In this document: positions 41,785 through 51,558 of the stretch, in pieces
Numbering within the stretch: the stretch's first letter is position 1
Layout of the letters: every line of letters begins with the position of its first letter
DNA from: Ignavibacteriales bacterium
GTDB taxonomy: Bacteria > Bacteroidota > Ignavibacteria > UBA10030 > UBA6906
Direction: 5' to 3'
NCBI GenBank assembly: GCA_037441705.1
Contig: JBBIRR010000015.1
Location: 11,068-75,067, forward strand
DNA: 64,000 bases
Program-made: the position numbers and the translations under genes
The notes under the pieces: generated by a model
What the model saw: the letters and a program-made list of their open reading frames with translations, nothing else
Told to the model about the DNA's origin: nothing
The model's database searches: none

Positions 41785-43914
41785 TCAGACGAGCAGCGGC
41801 GCAATCACCAGCGACACGACCGACATCAGTTTGATGAGAATGTTCATCGCGGGTCCGGACGTATCTTTGAACGGATCGCCCACCGTGTCGCCGACGACGG
41901 CGGCTTTGTGCGCGTCGGTTCCCTTCTTCTCACCGGCCACTTCACCTTTTTCGATCGCCTTCTTGGCATTATCCCACGCGCCGCCGGCATTGGCCATCAT
42001 CAAAGCAAGCAGAACGCCGGTGACGGTTGCGCCGGCGAGCATGCCGCCGAGGGCCGCCGGCCCCAGCAGAAATCCGACGGCAACAGGAGCCACGACTGCC
42101 GTAATGCCGGGCAGGATCATTTCACGCAATGCTGCTGCCGTTGAGATGTCCACACAGCGAGCGGCATCCGGCTTCGCGCCGGGCTTGCCTTCAAGCAGGC
42201 CGGGAATCTCACGGAACTGGCGCCGAATCTCATCCACCATCTTGCTTGCAGCCCGACCCACCGAGGTCATCGTCAGCGCCGCAATGAAGAAGGGAAGAAT
42301 CCCGCCGATGAACAAACCGATGACTACCGAGGGATTGGTCACGACGATTTGCAGCGGTGTCTCGCCTTCGGCAAGCAAGGTCGCATACCGTTTCCATTCG
42401 CCGACAGGCTCGATGCCCGCTGCGGTCATCTGTGCAACTTTCGAAGCGATCGCCGAGGAAACTGCCTGCGAGTATGCTGCAAACAGAGCAAGCGCCGTGA
42501 GTGCCGCTGAGCCGATCGCAAAGCCTTTGCCGATCGCGGCGGTAGTGTTTCCGAGCGCATCGAGACTATCGGTGATCTTGCGAACGTCCGGACCCAGACC
42601 CGACATTTCCGAGATGCCGCCGGCGTTATCGGCAATCGGGCCGTAGGCGTCGACAGACATCGTGATGCCGACCGTGGCAAGCATGCCGACTGCCGCGATA
42701 CCGATGCCGTACAATCCGGCAACGTCATTCGACACAAGAATCGCAACGCAAATCGCCAGCACCGGCAAGGCGGTTGATTCCAACCCCACGGCCAGTCCGC
42801 TGATGATATTGGTGGCCGATCCGGTTTTGCTGGCAAGCGAGATGCGCTTGACGGGACCCATCGAGGTGTAGTACTCGGTGATCAGGCCGATGAGAATGCC
42901 GGCAAGCGTTCCGAAGAACACAGCCCAGAAAACGTGGTTGCTCACGTCATATGCAGTAACAAGCCAGTACGCACCGAGAAGGAACAGTCCCGCTGCAATG
43001 AACGTAGAGTAGCGCAGCGCAGCTTGCGGCGAGTACTGCTTCAACACTTTCATCGAGGCGATGCCGGCGAACGACGAAACAAGACCTAACACGGCAAGGA
43101 CAATCGGCATGGACATCAGAATGGCTTTGATCGACGTGTCGGCAACCTCCGGCGTGGCTTTCAGATGGGCGAGCGCTTCGGGCAGCAGCGTTGCCCCGAT
43201 GGCGATGGTTGCGACGATGGAGCCGACGTAGGACTCGAAAATATCGGCGCCCATGCCGGCAACGTCTCCCACATTATCACCAACATTGTCCGCAATGACG
43301 CCGGGGTTGCGCGGGTCATCTTCGGGGATGTTGGCTTCGACTTTTCCGACAAGATCGGCGCCGACATCGGCAGCCTTTGTGTAGATACCGCCGCCAACAC
43401 GCGCAAACAACGCAATCGAACTCGCCCCCATCGCAAAGCCGTTGATGATGTTCGCGGTTTCCGGCTTGCCGTACAGCATGAAGAAGATGCCCACCCCGAT
43501 CAGTCCAAGACTGGCGACGCTCACGCCCATGACTGCACCGCCGTTGAACGCCGTCAGCAGCGCGGCGCCCTGACCATGTTCCTTGGCTGCTTGTGCCGTC
43601 CGGACGTTTGCACGCGTCGCAGCCTGCATGCCGAAAAATCCCGCGAGAACCGAACACAGCGCTCCGCTGATGAACGCCAGAGCTGTTGCTGGCGCAAGGA
43701 AGAAGCCCAGTAACAATGCAACAACAATCACGAAGAAGATGAGCACCATGTACTCGCGCTTCAGGAAGGCCATCGCCCCGATGTGAATTTGTCCGGCAAG
43801 ACTCTGCATCAGCTCATTGCCGGCAGGCTGCCGCTTCAACGAGAAGTAGATGGCAAACGCCACAAGAAGACCAACCGCGCCGGCTACGGGTGAGAATGAG
43901 GTAAGCATCTCCAT
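41785..43914 (-). CDS. hppA: Membrane-bound K+-dependent (probably Na+-translocating) pyrophosphatase
   Basis: [38 protein letters not shown] (Ala at the K+-dependence determinant) and [14 protein letters not shown]. Confidence 0.95.
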   Translation of the reverse strand: MEMLTSFSPVAGAVGLLVAFAIYFSLKRQPAGNELMQSLAGQIHIGAMAFLKREYMVLIFFVIVVALLLGFFLAPATALAFISGALCSVLAGFFGMQAATRANVRTAQAAKEHGQGAALLTAFNGGAVMGVSVASLGLIGVGIFFMLYGKPETANIINGFAMGASSIALFARVGGGIYTKAADVGADLVGKVEANIPEDDPRNPGVIADNVGDNVGDVAGMGADIFESYVGSIVATIAIGATLLPEALAHLKATPEVADTSIKAILMSMPIVLAVLGLVSSFAGIASMKVLKQYSPQAALRYSTFIAAGLFLLGAYWLVTAYDVSNHVFWAVFFGTLAGILIGLITEYYTSMGPVKRISLASKTGSATNIISGLAVGLESTALPVLAICVAILVSNDVAGLYGIGIAAVGMLATVGITMSVDAYGPIADNAGGISEMSGLGPDVRKITDSLDALGNTTAAIGKGFAIGSAALTALALFAAYSQAVSSAIASKVAQMTAAGIEPVGEWKRYATLLAEGETPLQIVVTNPSVVIGLFIGGILPFFIAALTMTSVGRAASKMVDEIRRQFREIPGLLEGKPGAKPDAARCVDISTAAALREMILPGITAVVAPVAVGFLLGPAALGGMLAGATVTGVLLALMMANAGGAWDNAKKAIEKGEVAGEKKGTDAHKAAVVGDTVGDPFKDTSGPAMNILIKLMSVVSLVIAPLLV

Positions 43915-44075
43915 GTGAACAAAATCTCCTACGTTGATGATGGATACGTATCCTGCTCACGGCATGCGCTGACTGCTTCGCACGACCACCTGACTAAACC
44001 ACATGGGGTAACAGAGACGAAGAAGCCTTGAACGGGGGATAGCGTTTGCGCGAGCGGGACCAAATTTTCGTGACA

Positions 44076-44083
44076 CAAATATA
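44076..44083 (-). promoter_or_regulatory. Bacteroidota-type -7 promoter element (TATATTTG) upstream of hppA
   Basis: Matches TAnnTTTG. Similar sites lie upstream of other genes at 45377-45370 (-), 6349-6342 (-) and 36261-36268 (+). Confidence 0.55.
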
Positions 44084-44169
44084 GGAAAATCCCCGCACTC
44101 TTCCTATCACTTTCTTTGCACTGATACCATGAGCCGGGGCAGTACTTGCCCCGACTCTGTCCCGAACAA

Positions 44170-44292
44170 TCAGCCTAACAAAAGCTTCAGAACCACCAGC
44201 AGGACGGTAAGCCCGATGATGAATCCGAAGATGCCGAGAGCGACTCGGGTTCCGGACTGATATTCCGTCTTGCCGGAGTGTGGTTGTGACAT
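44170..44292 (-). CDS. 40-aa single-pass membrane protein
   Basis: MSQPHSGKTEYQSGTRVALGIFGFIIGLTVLLVVLKLLLG, with a strong RBS (GAAAGGAG) 7 nt before the ATG. Confidence 0.75.
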   Translation of the reverse strand: MSQPHSGKTEYQSGTRVALGIFGFIIGLTVLLVVLKLLLG

Positions 44293-44299
44293 GGGATTG

Positions 44300-44397
44300 C
44301 TCCTTTCATCGTTATTCACAAAAAGAAATAAACCGCCCGTCGTGGACGATGGGCGCATTGTTGCTTGCGGTGGATGAAAGGAGGTTACAGAAAGGAG
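44300..44397 (-). promoter_or_regulatory. Anti-SD/SD pairing with nested terminator-like hairpin (candidate attenuator)
   Basis: Perfect 11-bp inverted repeat 44300-44310/44373-44383 covers the SD. A second anti-SD lies at 44390-44397. An inner hairpin at 44334-44355 is followed on the - strand by a U-rich tract. Confidence 0.6.
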
Positions 44398-44732
44398 CTG
44401 GTGGTTTGCGTGTAGATGAGGTAACGGGGGATGAGCAGTCGGTCATGAAGGAAACACTTCACAATGGCGTGCGGCTCGAACAGGCTCCGAGGCGTGAGCC
44501 GATGCGGGAATATGCACTCCAGCGTGAGAGAACCCGGTGCCGCCTTCGTGTCGCGCTCGATCAGAATCGGAGTGAAGGTTGTTCCGCTGCTCAACTCGGC
44601 AATCTGCGCGGGAGCGGCTTTGCTCGACGGCAAAGACGTGTCGGGCGTATTTGCGATGCTGTGCGCAAGCCATAGCCAACTCAAGGCAAGCAGGAAAGCG
44701 ACCCGCGGTTGCTTCAACTTCATCATCCTCAT
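44385..44732 (-). CDS. Small hypothetical protein with Sec-type signal peptide (candidate leader peptide)
   Basis: MRMMKLKQPRVAFLLALSWLWLAHSIA signal-like N-terminus. Starts 4 nt after the stop of the upstream VTT gene. Confidence 0.55.
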   Translation of the reverse strand: MRMMKLKQPRVAFLLALSWLWLAHSIANTPDTSLPSSKAAPAQIAELSSGTTFTPILIERDTKAAPGSLTLECIFPHRLTPRSLFEPHAIVKCFLHDRLLIPRYLIYTQTTSSFL

Positions 44733-44736
44733 GTCG

Positions 44737-45339
44737 TCAAAAGAGATACTTGATGGCAAGAATGCCCAGAACGAACAGTACACCCAGAGCGAGGGTTAAG
44801 CGTTCGAGATACTTGTCGAGATATTCCTTCATCTTGGGACCGAAGAGGAAAAGAAATCCGCCGACGAGAAAGAACCGCGAGGCTCTCCCGACCAGGGAAG
44901 CGAGAGCGAGCGTGAGCAAGTCGATCGTCTGGTTGAACCCTGCTGCGATCGTGAAGACTTTGTAGGGAATAGGCGTGAAGCCTGCAACGATGATGGCCGT
45001 CCAGGCATTTTCCTGATACTTGTCCAGCACAAACTGAAACTTGTCGTGGAAGCCGTAGAAGTCGACGATCTTCGAGCCGATGGTTTCGTAGAAGGCGTAG
45101 CCGATGTAGTAGCCGAGAAACGCGCCTGAGACGGATCCGAGCGTACACACCAGTGCGTACCAAAACGCGCGTCGGGGGCGTGCAACGCCGAGGGCAATCA
45201 ACAGCACATCGGGAGGGATAGGAAAGAACGATGATTCAACGAACGCGATCCCGTACAGTGCCCAGGTGGCAAACGGCTTTGCGGCAAAGCTTTCCACCCA
45301 GGCTTTGAGGCCGTAAAGCAATGCGGATAGTTTCTTCAA
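44737..45339 (-). CDS. YqaA/DedA (VTT-domain) membrane protein
   Basis: AFVESSFFPIPPD, GSVSGAFLGYYIG, GFTPIPYKVFTIAAG and GRASRFF. TTG start. Confidence 0.9.
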   Translation of the reverse strand: MKKLSALLYGLKAWVESFAAKPFATWALYGIAFVESSFFPIPPDVLLIALGVARPRRAFWYALVCTLGSVSGAFLGYYIGYAFYETIGSKIVDFYGFHDKFQFVLDKYQENAWTAIIVAGFTPIPYKVFTIAAGFNQTIDLLTLALASLVGRASRFFLVGGFLFLFGPKMKEYLDKYLERLTLALGVLFVLGILAIKYLF

Positions 45340-45500
45340 TCAATTCCCTTGGACAGAAAACGAGCGGCACAAAGATAACCAAAAGGGGATGACGTTTCAA
45401 GCTTGGGGGTGTACGACGGAGGCTTGCGCCTTATGCCAAAAGCCTCTATCTTGACGGCGATTTTCTGTCCACCTTCATCACTCTTCTACCAGGAGCGTGC

Positions 45501-47441
45501 GTGATCAGAGTTTCTTCTCTTCTTGTTCTCATTACTCTTTTCCGTTGTTCACTCGCCGCACAGCCTTCGTCTCCACAGGTCACGTTCGAAGTCAAGACGC
45601 CATCGGTTGTTCTCACCGGTGTGAATTTCACTCTCGAAGTGATTGCGCGAGACTCCGCGGGGAATATCCATGCCGGGTTCAACGCAGAGGCGCAGCTTCA
45701 AGGCGCCGAGCGTGTTGCTTTGCCCGGGAAGGTTGCCCCTCCGCTTGTGTTCACAAAGGGCAAACTGCATATCGAGGATCTGACCATCGGCAGCGCAGGA
45801 GGGCACACCATCTCGGTTGCAACGCCATCCGGTGCAGTGTCCGCGACCGTCAGAGTTATTCCCGGCATTCTAAGTATCCTTCCTCCTCTGTGTGCGATTG
45901 TCCTCGCCTTGATTCTCCGTCAGGTTGTTATCTCGCTGTTTGCAGGCATCTATCTTGGCGCGGTTTTTCTTTTCGGGTATGACATCGTTGGAGGCATGTT
46001 CCGGGTGCTGGATCATTTCATCGTGAAGGCACTGTCGGAAACCAGTCACGTCCAGATTATTCTTTTCAGCATGATGTTTGGGGGGATGGTGGGTGTGATT
46101 GCGAAGAACGGCGGCACGGTGGGCATTGCGAACGTTATCACACGCTACGCACGAACGCCGCGCGGTGGACAGATTGCATCGTGGTTCATGGCCTTCGTTG
46201 TTTTCTTCGATGACTATGCCAACTGCCTTGTCCGCGGCAACCTGATGCGGCCGATTACGGATAAGCTTCGCATCTCGCGGGAGAAACTCTCCTTTATTGT
46301 TGATGCGGGCGCCGCAACGGTTGCCAGCGTCATGATCATATCCACGTGGATCGGATACGAAGTAGGCCTCATCGAACAGGGACTCAGGAGTATCAATTCG
46401 TCGGAAGATGCGTACGCCGTGTTTCTGCAAACCATCCCGTACAGATTCTATCCTATCTTCACTCTTGCTCTGGTTTTCCTCATCGGCTTCATGGATCGTG
46501 ACTTCGGGCCGATGCTAACGGCGGAACGCAGGGCTCGCACAACGGGCAAAGTCCTGCGGGATGGTGCGCAGCCTGCAACCGATCTCACAGAGTCCACGGT
46601 CTATGTTTCCACCGGCGACAAACCTGCACGATGGTACAACGGCTTCCTTCCCATCCTTACAATCCTCGCCGTAGGTCTTGTTGGTCTGTACACCACCGGA
46701 ACATCTGCGCTGGCGGCAGACGGGCGAACGAATTACGGTCTCGGCGACATCATCAGCAAGTCGGATTCGTATGCGTCGCTCCTGTGGGCGTCCCTTTCCG
46801 GTTGCCTCGTCGCCATCCTGCTGACGGTGAGCCAGCGGATCATGAAAATCACGGAGGCGATCGACGCATGGTTCAACGGGCTGAAATCCATGCTGCTGGC
46901 GATGATCATTCTCGTCCTGGCATGGTCCATTGGAGCTGTCACCGAGGAGTTGCAGACGGCAGGCTACCTTGTGCAGGTGCTGCGTGGGACGATCGCTCCG
47001 CATTGGCTGCCTGTGCTGGTGTTTGTGATCGCTGCTGTTGTGAGCTTTTCCACCGGCACGAGTTGGGGGACAATGGCCATTATGATGCCGCTGGTCATTC
47101 CGTTGGGCAGCACGTTGAGTGTCGACGCAGGACTCTCTCCATCCGATCAGACGATCATTCTTCATGGCGTCATCAGCTCGGTTCTTGCAGGAGCTGTGTT
47201 CGGCGACCACTGCTCGCCCATTTCCGACACCACTATCCTCAGTTCAATGGCCTCGGCCTGCGATCACATTGATCACGTGCGCACTCAGTTGCCCTATGCT
47301 TTGCTCGCAGCCGTGGTGGGCATGCTCGTCGGCGACATCCCAACGGCTTTCGGAGTGTCACCATGGATTTCAATCGCCTCAGGCATCATCATCCTTGTAC
47401 TCTTCTTGCGATTTGTAGGGAAGAGGGTTGGTGGTGAGTGA
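45501..47441 (+). CDS. Na+/H+ antiporter NhaC family protein with N-terminal extracytoplasmic Ig-like segment
   Basis: LSILPPL.AI, FFDDYAN, SREKL, STWIG, TGTSWGT and GDHCSPISDTTILSS. Signal peptide plus beta-rich N-terminal ~120 aa. Confidence 0.9.
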   Translation: MIRVSSLLVLITLFRCSLAAQPSSPQVTFEVKTPSVVLTGVNFTLEVIARDSAGNIHAGFNAEAQLQGAERVALPGKVAPPLVFTKGKLHIEDLTIGSAGGHTISVATPSGAVSATVRVIPGILSILPPLCAIVLALILRQVVISLFAGIYLGAVFLFGYDIVGGMFRVLDHFIVKALSETSHVQIILFSMMFGGMVGVIAKNGGTVGIANVITRYARTPRGGQIASWFMAFVVFFDDYANCLVRGNLMRPITDKLRISREKLSFIVDAGAATVASVMIISTWIGYEVGLIEQGLRSINSSEDAYAVFLQTIPYRFYPIFTLALVFLIGFMDRDFGPMLTAERRARTTGKVLRDGAQPATDLTESTVYVSTGDKPARWYNGFLPILTILAVGLVGLYTTGTSALAADGRTNYGLGDIISKSDSYASLLWASLSGCLVAILLTVSQRIMKITEAIDAWFNGLKSMLLAMIILVLAWSIGAVTEELQTAGYLVQVLRGTIAPHWLPVLVFVIAAVVSFSTGTSWGTMAIMMPLVIPLGSTLSVDAGLSPSDQTIILHGVISSVLAGAVFGDHCSPISDTTILSSMASACDHIDHVRTQLPYALLAAVVGMLVGDIPTAFGVSPWISIASGIIILVLFLRFVGKRVGGE

Positions 47442-47538
47442 GAGTGAGATGAAACGTAGATAGCATTACTGAATAACAACGCAGCCGGGCGATTTTCGGA
47501 AGCGCTGATATCCGCGGCTATCGTGAGCAAGCTTTCAG

Positions 47539-48960
47539 ATGCTGATGCAGAAGCAGCAGAAACACAACGTACCAAACCGTCCCCAACTCCTGCGCGTCCT
47601 CACTCTGCGTGAAGGCATTGCCATTCATGTCGGGTGTATCATCGGCTCGGGGATTTTTCTCAAGCCTGCCGCCATTGCGGGATATCTCGAAGCGACGGGT
47701 CCCATTCTGTTAGTGTGGGTTGTGGCGGGACTCTTGACGCTCTTCGGGGCGCTGTCGATTGCCGAGCTGAGCGCCGTGCTTCCAGAAACCGGCGGTCCGT
47801 ATGTTTACCTGCGCGAGAGTTTCGGTCGTGTGTGGGGCTTTCTGTATAGCTGGAACGACTTCTTCATCAACAAGGCAGGCTCTGCGGCTGCCGTGGCAAT
47901 CGCGTTCGCCACGTTTGCCGGGCATTTCTTTCCCGTCCTCGATCCCGATGCGGCATTGTTCCGGACGAGTCTATCCGTCGTCGGTCTCTCGCTCGACGTT
48001 GCCGTCGGATGGAATCAGATTGTTGCGATGGGTGTGATTGCCGTTGTGACGCTTGTGAACGTTCGCGGTGTGCAGTTTGGCGGTTGGGTGATGAACATCT
48101 TCACCGCTGCGAAGCTCTTTGCGCTCATCGGGCTGACTCTTGCTGCGGCGTTTTCGGGCAAGGGAAGTTCATCCAACTTCTTGCCCGTGTGGCCCGAGGA
48201 GATCTCGTGGCAATATCTCTCCGCATTCGGTCTTGCACTCAATTCTGCACTCTGGGCGTATGACGGTTGGATCACCGTCACACTCAACTCCGGCGAGTTT
48301 CGCAACCCGAAGCGCGATCTTCCCATCTCACTCATTGCAGGAACCCTGATCGTCATCGGCGTGTATCTGGCGGCGAATGCAGCCTTCGCGTACGTCGTTC
48401 CTGTGCATCACATGTCCGGCTCGCCGCGCATCGCCGCGGATGTTGCGGTCATGGTATTGGGACCGGTGGGTGCCTCGCTGATTGTCCTCGGCATCATGTG
48501 CTCGACCTTCGGCACAACGAACGGACAGCTCTTGTCGGGCCCACGCACGTTGTATGCAGGAAGTGCAGACGGTGCCTTCGCGCGGAGGTTCAGCAGAGTG
48601 CATCCGCGGTTCCGCACACCTCATGTCGCCATTATCACCCTCGGAGTGTGGGCGATGATTCTCACGCTCAGCGGAACCTTCGATCAGATTACCAACTACG
48701 TCGTGTTTACGTCGTGGGGCTTCTACGCGTTGACAGCTCTTGCGGTGATCGTTCTCCGTAGAAAGATGCCGGACGCCGAACGACCCTACAAAGCGTGGGG
48801 CTATCCGTATGCAACACTTGTGTTCGTTGCGGTCACCGTCTGGTTTCTCTGGAACGTCGCAGTACACGAAACGCGTGATGCAGCAATCGGCGTCGTGCTG
48901 CTCATAGCCTCGCTGCCACTATATGTTTATTGGAGAAGAAAGAACAACACCGTCGAATGA
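47539..48960 (+). CDS. APC family amino acid permease (LAT/SteT-like)
   Basis: IIGSGIF, AEL...P..GG.YVYL, WAYDGW, EFRNPKR.LP and RPYKAWGYP. Confidence 0.92.
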   Translation: MLMQKQQKHNVPNRPQLLRVLTLREGIAIHVGCIIGSGIFLKPAAIAGYLEATGPILLVWVVAGLLTLFGALSIAELSAVLPETGGPYVYLRESFGRVWGFLYSWNDFFINKAGSAAAVAIAFATFAGHFFPVLDPDAALFRTSLSVVGLSLDVAVGWNQIVAMGVIAVVTLVNVRGVQFGGWVMNIFTAAKLFALIGLTLAAAFSGKGSSSNFLPVWPEEISWQYLSAFGLALNSALWAYDGWITVTLNSGEFRNPKRDLPISLIAGTLIVIGVYLAANAAFAYVVPVHHMSGSPRIAADVAVMVLGPVGASLIVLGIMCSTFGTTNGQLLSGPRTLYAGSADGAFARRFSRVHPRFRTPHVAIITLGVWAMILTLSGTFDQITNYVVFTSWGFYALTALAVIVLRRKMPDAERPYKAWGYPYATLVFVAVTVWFLWNVAVHETRDAAIGVVLLIASLPLYVYWRRKNNTVE

Positions 48961-49110
48961 GTGGGATGGGTTTGAATCTCGTTCGTGATAGCCGTATTTT
49001 GGTTGCAGCGAAAGGAGACTCACGCGTAGCCGGTTCTCGTTCATCGGTACACGTCGCAAGCTGACGAAGCGTAATCACGAACAAGCATGCCGATTCGGGC
49101 ACAGCAGTCT

Positions 49111-51360
49111 ATGCCCTCTTCCCCTCCACCCAATATTCTTGCTCAATCTGTTCAGTACCTCAAAGGCATCGGCGAGCGAAGATCCGAGATGTTAGCGAAG
49201 TACGGCGTAAAAACTCTTCACGATCTGTTCTTGTACGTCCCGCGTCGCTACATCGACAGGACTTCCGTTGTGAAGATTGCCGAGCTGCGTCGCATCGCCG
49301 TTGGTCCCCATCCTCTGCGTGAGGATTCGGTTGCCGACGTTCAGAAAGACTATACGGTTGTGGGCGACGTTCGCTCGTTCCGTGTGTTCGGCACCGGCGC
49401 GAAATCCCGTTTCGTGCTGATCCTCGGCGATGAGACGGGAACCATGCAGTTGGTATGGTTCGGCGGCGTCAATTACTGGAAGACACGCTTCGCGATTGGA
49501 GAGGTATTGGCGGCATCCGGCCAACCCACCACTTTCGGCGGCAACGTACAGTTTGTCCATCCCGATATTGATAAGATTGGCGAAAAGGCCCTTCTCGAAG
49601 AGAAGGAGGAGCCTGTTGACTGGACGAAGACACTCAACACGGGTGGGCTGGTGCCGCTGTATCCGTCGGGCAGAGATCTGGAGCGCGTCGGCTTGGATAG
49701 CAGCGGCCTGCGGCGGATTCTTGGCCATGCAATTCGCGAGCACGGCGAGAGAATTCCTGAAACGTTACCGGCCGCCCTGCTCGCGCGGAGGAATCTCGTT
49801 CCGCTGCGTGTGGCGGTTCACCGTGTGCACTTCCCAAAGACGCACACCGATCTCAACGAGAGTCTGCGGCGTCTGAAGTATGAGGAACTCTTCTATTTCC
49901 AGATCAAACTTGCCTTGAAGCGTCATGGCCTCAAAGCAGATACGCACGGCATCAGCTTCAACATCCACAGCACGCTGGCGCGCCGGTTAGTGGACTCGCT
50001 TCCGTTCAGGCTCACGAAAGCGCAAATCCGCGTCATCAAAGAGATCACGACCGACATGGCATCCCCAAAACCGATGAATCGCCTTCTTCAAGGAGATGTG
50101 GGAAGCGGGAAGACGGTTGTTGCGCTCCTTTCGATGCTGATTGCGGTGGAGAACGGCTATCAAGCAGTGTTCATGGCGCCTACGGAAATTCTCGCCGAGC
50201 AGCACTACAAGACGCTTGTGTCTCTTCTGAAGGGGATTGACGTCAACGTCCGCTTACTCGTCGGTGCGCAGCGGACAGCACTCCGGCGCGACATTCTGGA
50301 GGATGTTCGGCGGGGAACTGCTCAGATTGTGGTCGGCACGCACGCTTTGTTCGAAAAGGAGGTAGAATTTGCAAACCTCGGTTATGTGGTGATTGATGAG
50401 CAGCATCGTTTCGGCGTGCTGCAGCGACAGGCACTGCAGAAGAAGGGACGGAACCCCGACGTGCTGGTCATGACGGCAACGCCGATTCCGCGGACGCTTT
50501 CGCTCACGATCTACGGCGACCTCGACGTTTCCATCATTGACGAATTACCCGAGAATAGGAAACCCATCAAGACACTCTTGCGCTATGAGGAGGAAAAGGA
50601 ATCAGTGTATCGCTTCGTACGAGAAGAGATTCGCAAGGGCCGGCAGGCGTATTTTGTGTACCCGCTGGTTGAGGAATCGGAGAAGGTGGATTTGAAAGCG
50701 GCGACGATTCATCACGAACATCTGCAGCAGGACGTGTTCCCGGATTTGAGGGTCGGTCTTCTGCACGGCCGCATGTCCAGCGATGAGAAAGATGGAGTGA
50801 TGATGAGATTCAAGAATCGGGAGCTTCACATTCTCGTGGCAACAACGGTCATCGAGGTGGGGATTGATGTTCCGAACGCGTCGGTGATGGTCATTGAGAA
50901 TGCGGAGCGGTTTGGGTTGTCGCAGCTTCATCAACTGCGCGGGCGGGTGGGACGAGGCTCGGAGCAATCGTATTGCATTCTCCTATCAAAGAAATGGATC
51001 GCTGCAAAGGCGAATCGTTTGCCTGCCGATCCCGTCAAGTGGCAAGACGCGCTGGATGAGCAACGCCTCGCGGAGCGGCGCCTTGCGGCAATGGTGCAGA
51101 CGAACGACGGTTTCAAGATTGCCGAGATGGATTTGAAGCTGCGCGGCCCCGGTGATTTCTTCGGCACGCGCCAGAGCGGCATGCCCGAATTCAAAGTCGC
51201 CGACATCGTCAGCGACACGCAGCTCCTGGAAGAAGCGCGCAGCGATGCATTCGAAATCATCGAGCGCGATCCGAAGCTTACGCTGCCCGACCACGCGGTG
51301 GTTGCACACACGCTGCGCGCTCTGCATCGCGAAGCGTTCGCGTTGATGCGTGTCGCGTAA
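49111..51360 (+). CDS. recG: ATP-dependent DNA helicase RecG
   Basis: QGDVGSGKT, PTEILAEQH, DEQHRFG, MTATPIPRT, QLHQLRGRVGRG and DLKLRGPG. Confidence 0.97.
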   Translation: MPSSPPPNILAQSVQYLKGIGERRSEMLAKYGVKTLHDLFLYVPRRYIDRTSVVKIAELRRIAVGPHPLREDSVADVQKDYTVVGDVRSFRVFGTGAKSRFVLILGDETGTMQLVWFGGVNYWKTRFAIGEVLAASGQPTTFGGNVQFVHPDIDKIGEKALLEEKEEPVDWTKTLNTGGLVPLYPSGRDLERVGLDSSGLRRILGHAIREHGERIPETLPAALLARRNLVPLRVAVHRVHFPKTHTDLNESLRRLKYEELFYFQIKLALKRHGLKADTHGISFNIHSTLARRLVDSLPFRLTKAQIRVIKEITTDMASPKPMNRLLQGDVGSGKTVVALLSMLIAVENGYQAVFMAPTEILAEQHYKTLVSLLKGIDVNVRLLVGAQRTALRRDILEDVRRGTAQIVVGTHALFEKEVEFANLGYVVIDEQHRFGVLQRQALQKKGRNPDVLVMTATPIPRTLSLTIYGDLDVSIIDELPENRKPIKTLLRYEEEKESVYRFVREEIRKGRQAYFVYPLVEESEKVDLKAATIHHEHLQQDVFPDLRVGLLHGRMSSDEKDGVMMRFKNRELHILVATTVIEVGIDVPNASVMVIENAERFGLSQLHQLRGRVGRGSEQSYCILLSKKWIAAKANRLPADPVKWQDALDEQRLAERRLAAMVQTNDGFKIAEMDLKLRGPGDFFGTRQSGMPEFKVADIVSDTQLLEEARSDAFEIIERDPKLTLPDHAVVAHTLRALHREAFALMRVA

Positions 51361-51455
51361 ACCTCTCCGAATCCCCGCGCGGACATTTTCAAAATTCTGT
51401 CAAGAGGCATCTTGGCAGACACCCTCAAAAATCTTTTCAAAAATCAAATTATTTC

Positions 51456-51483
51456 TTGACAACGATGCATATTTGTTTATATT
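51456..51483 (+). promoter_or_regulatory. Putative promoter of the ATP-grasp/GNAT/KamA operon
   Basis: TTGACA (51456-51461), 16 nt, then TATATT (51478-51483), in an AT-rich intergenic region. Confidence 0.55.
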
Positions 51484-51558
51484 TACTTCAGGTTAGCTCG
51501 TGTTCAACATCAAGGAGAGTTTCTGGATCCATCAAAGGACAAGCTTCTGCAGGACCCG

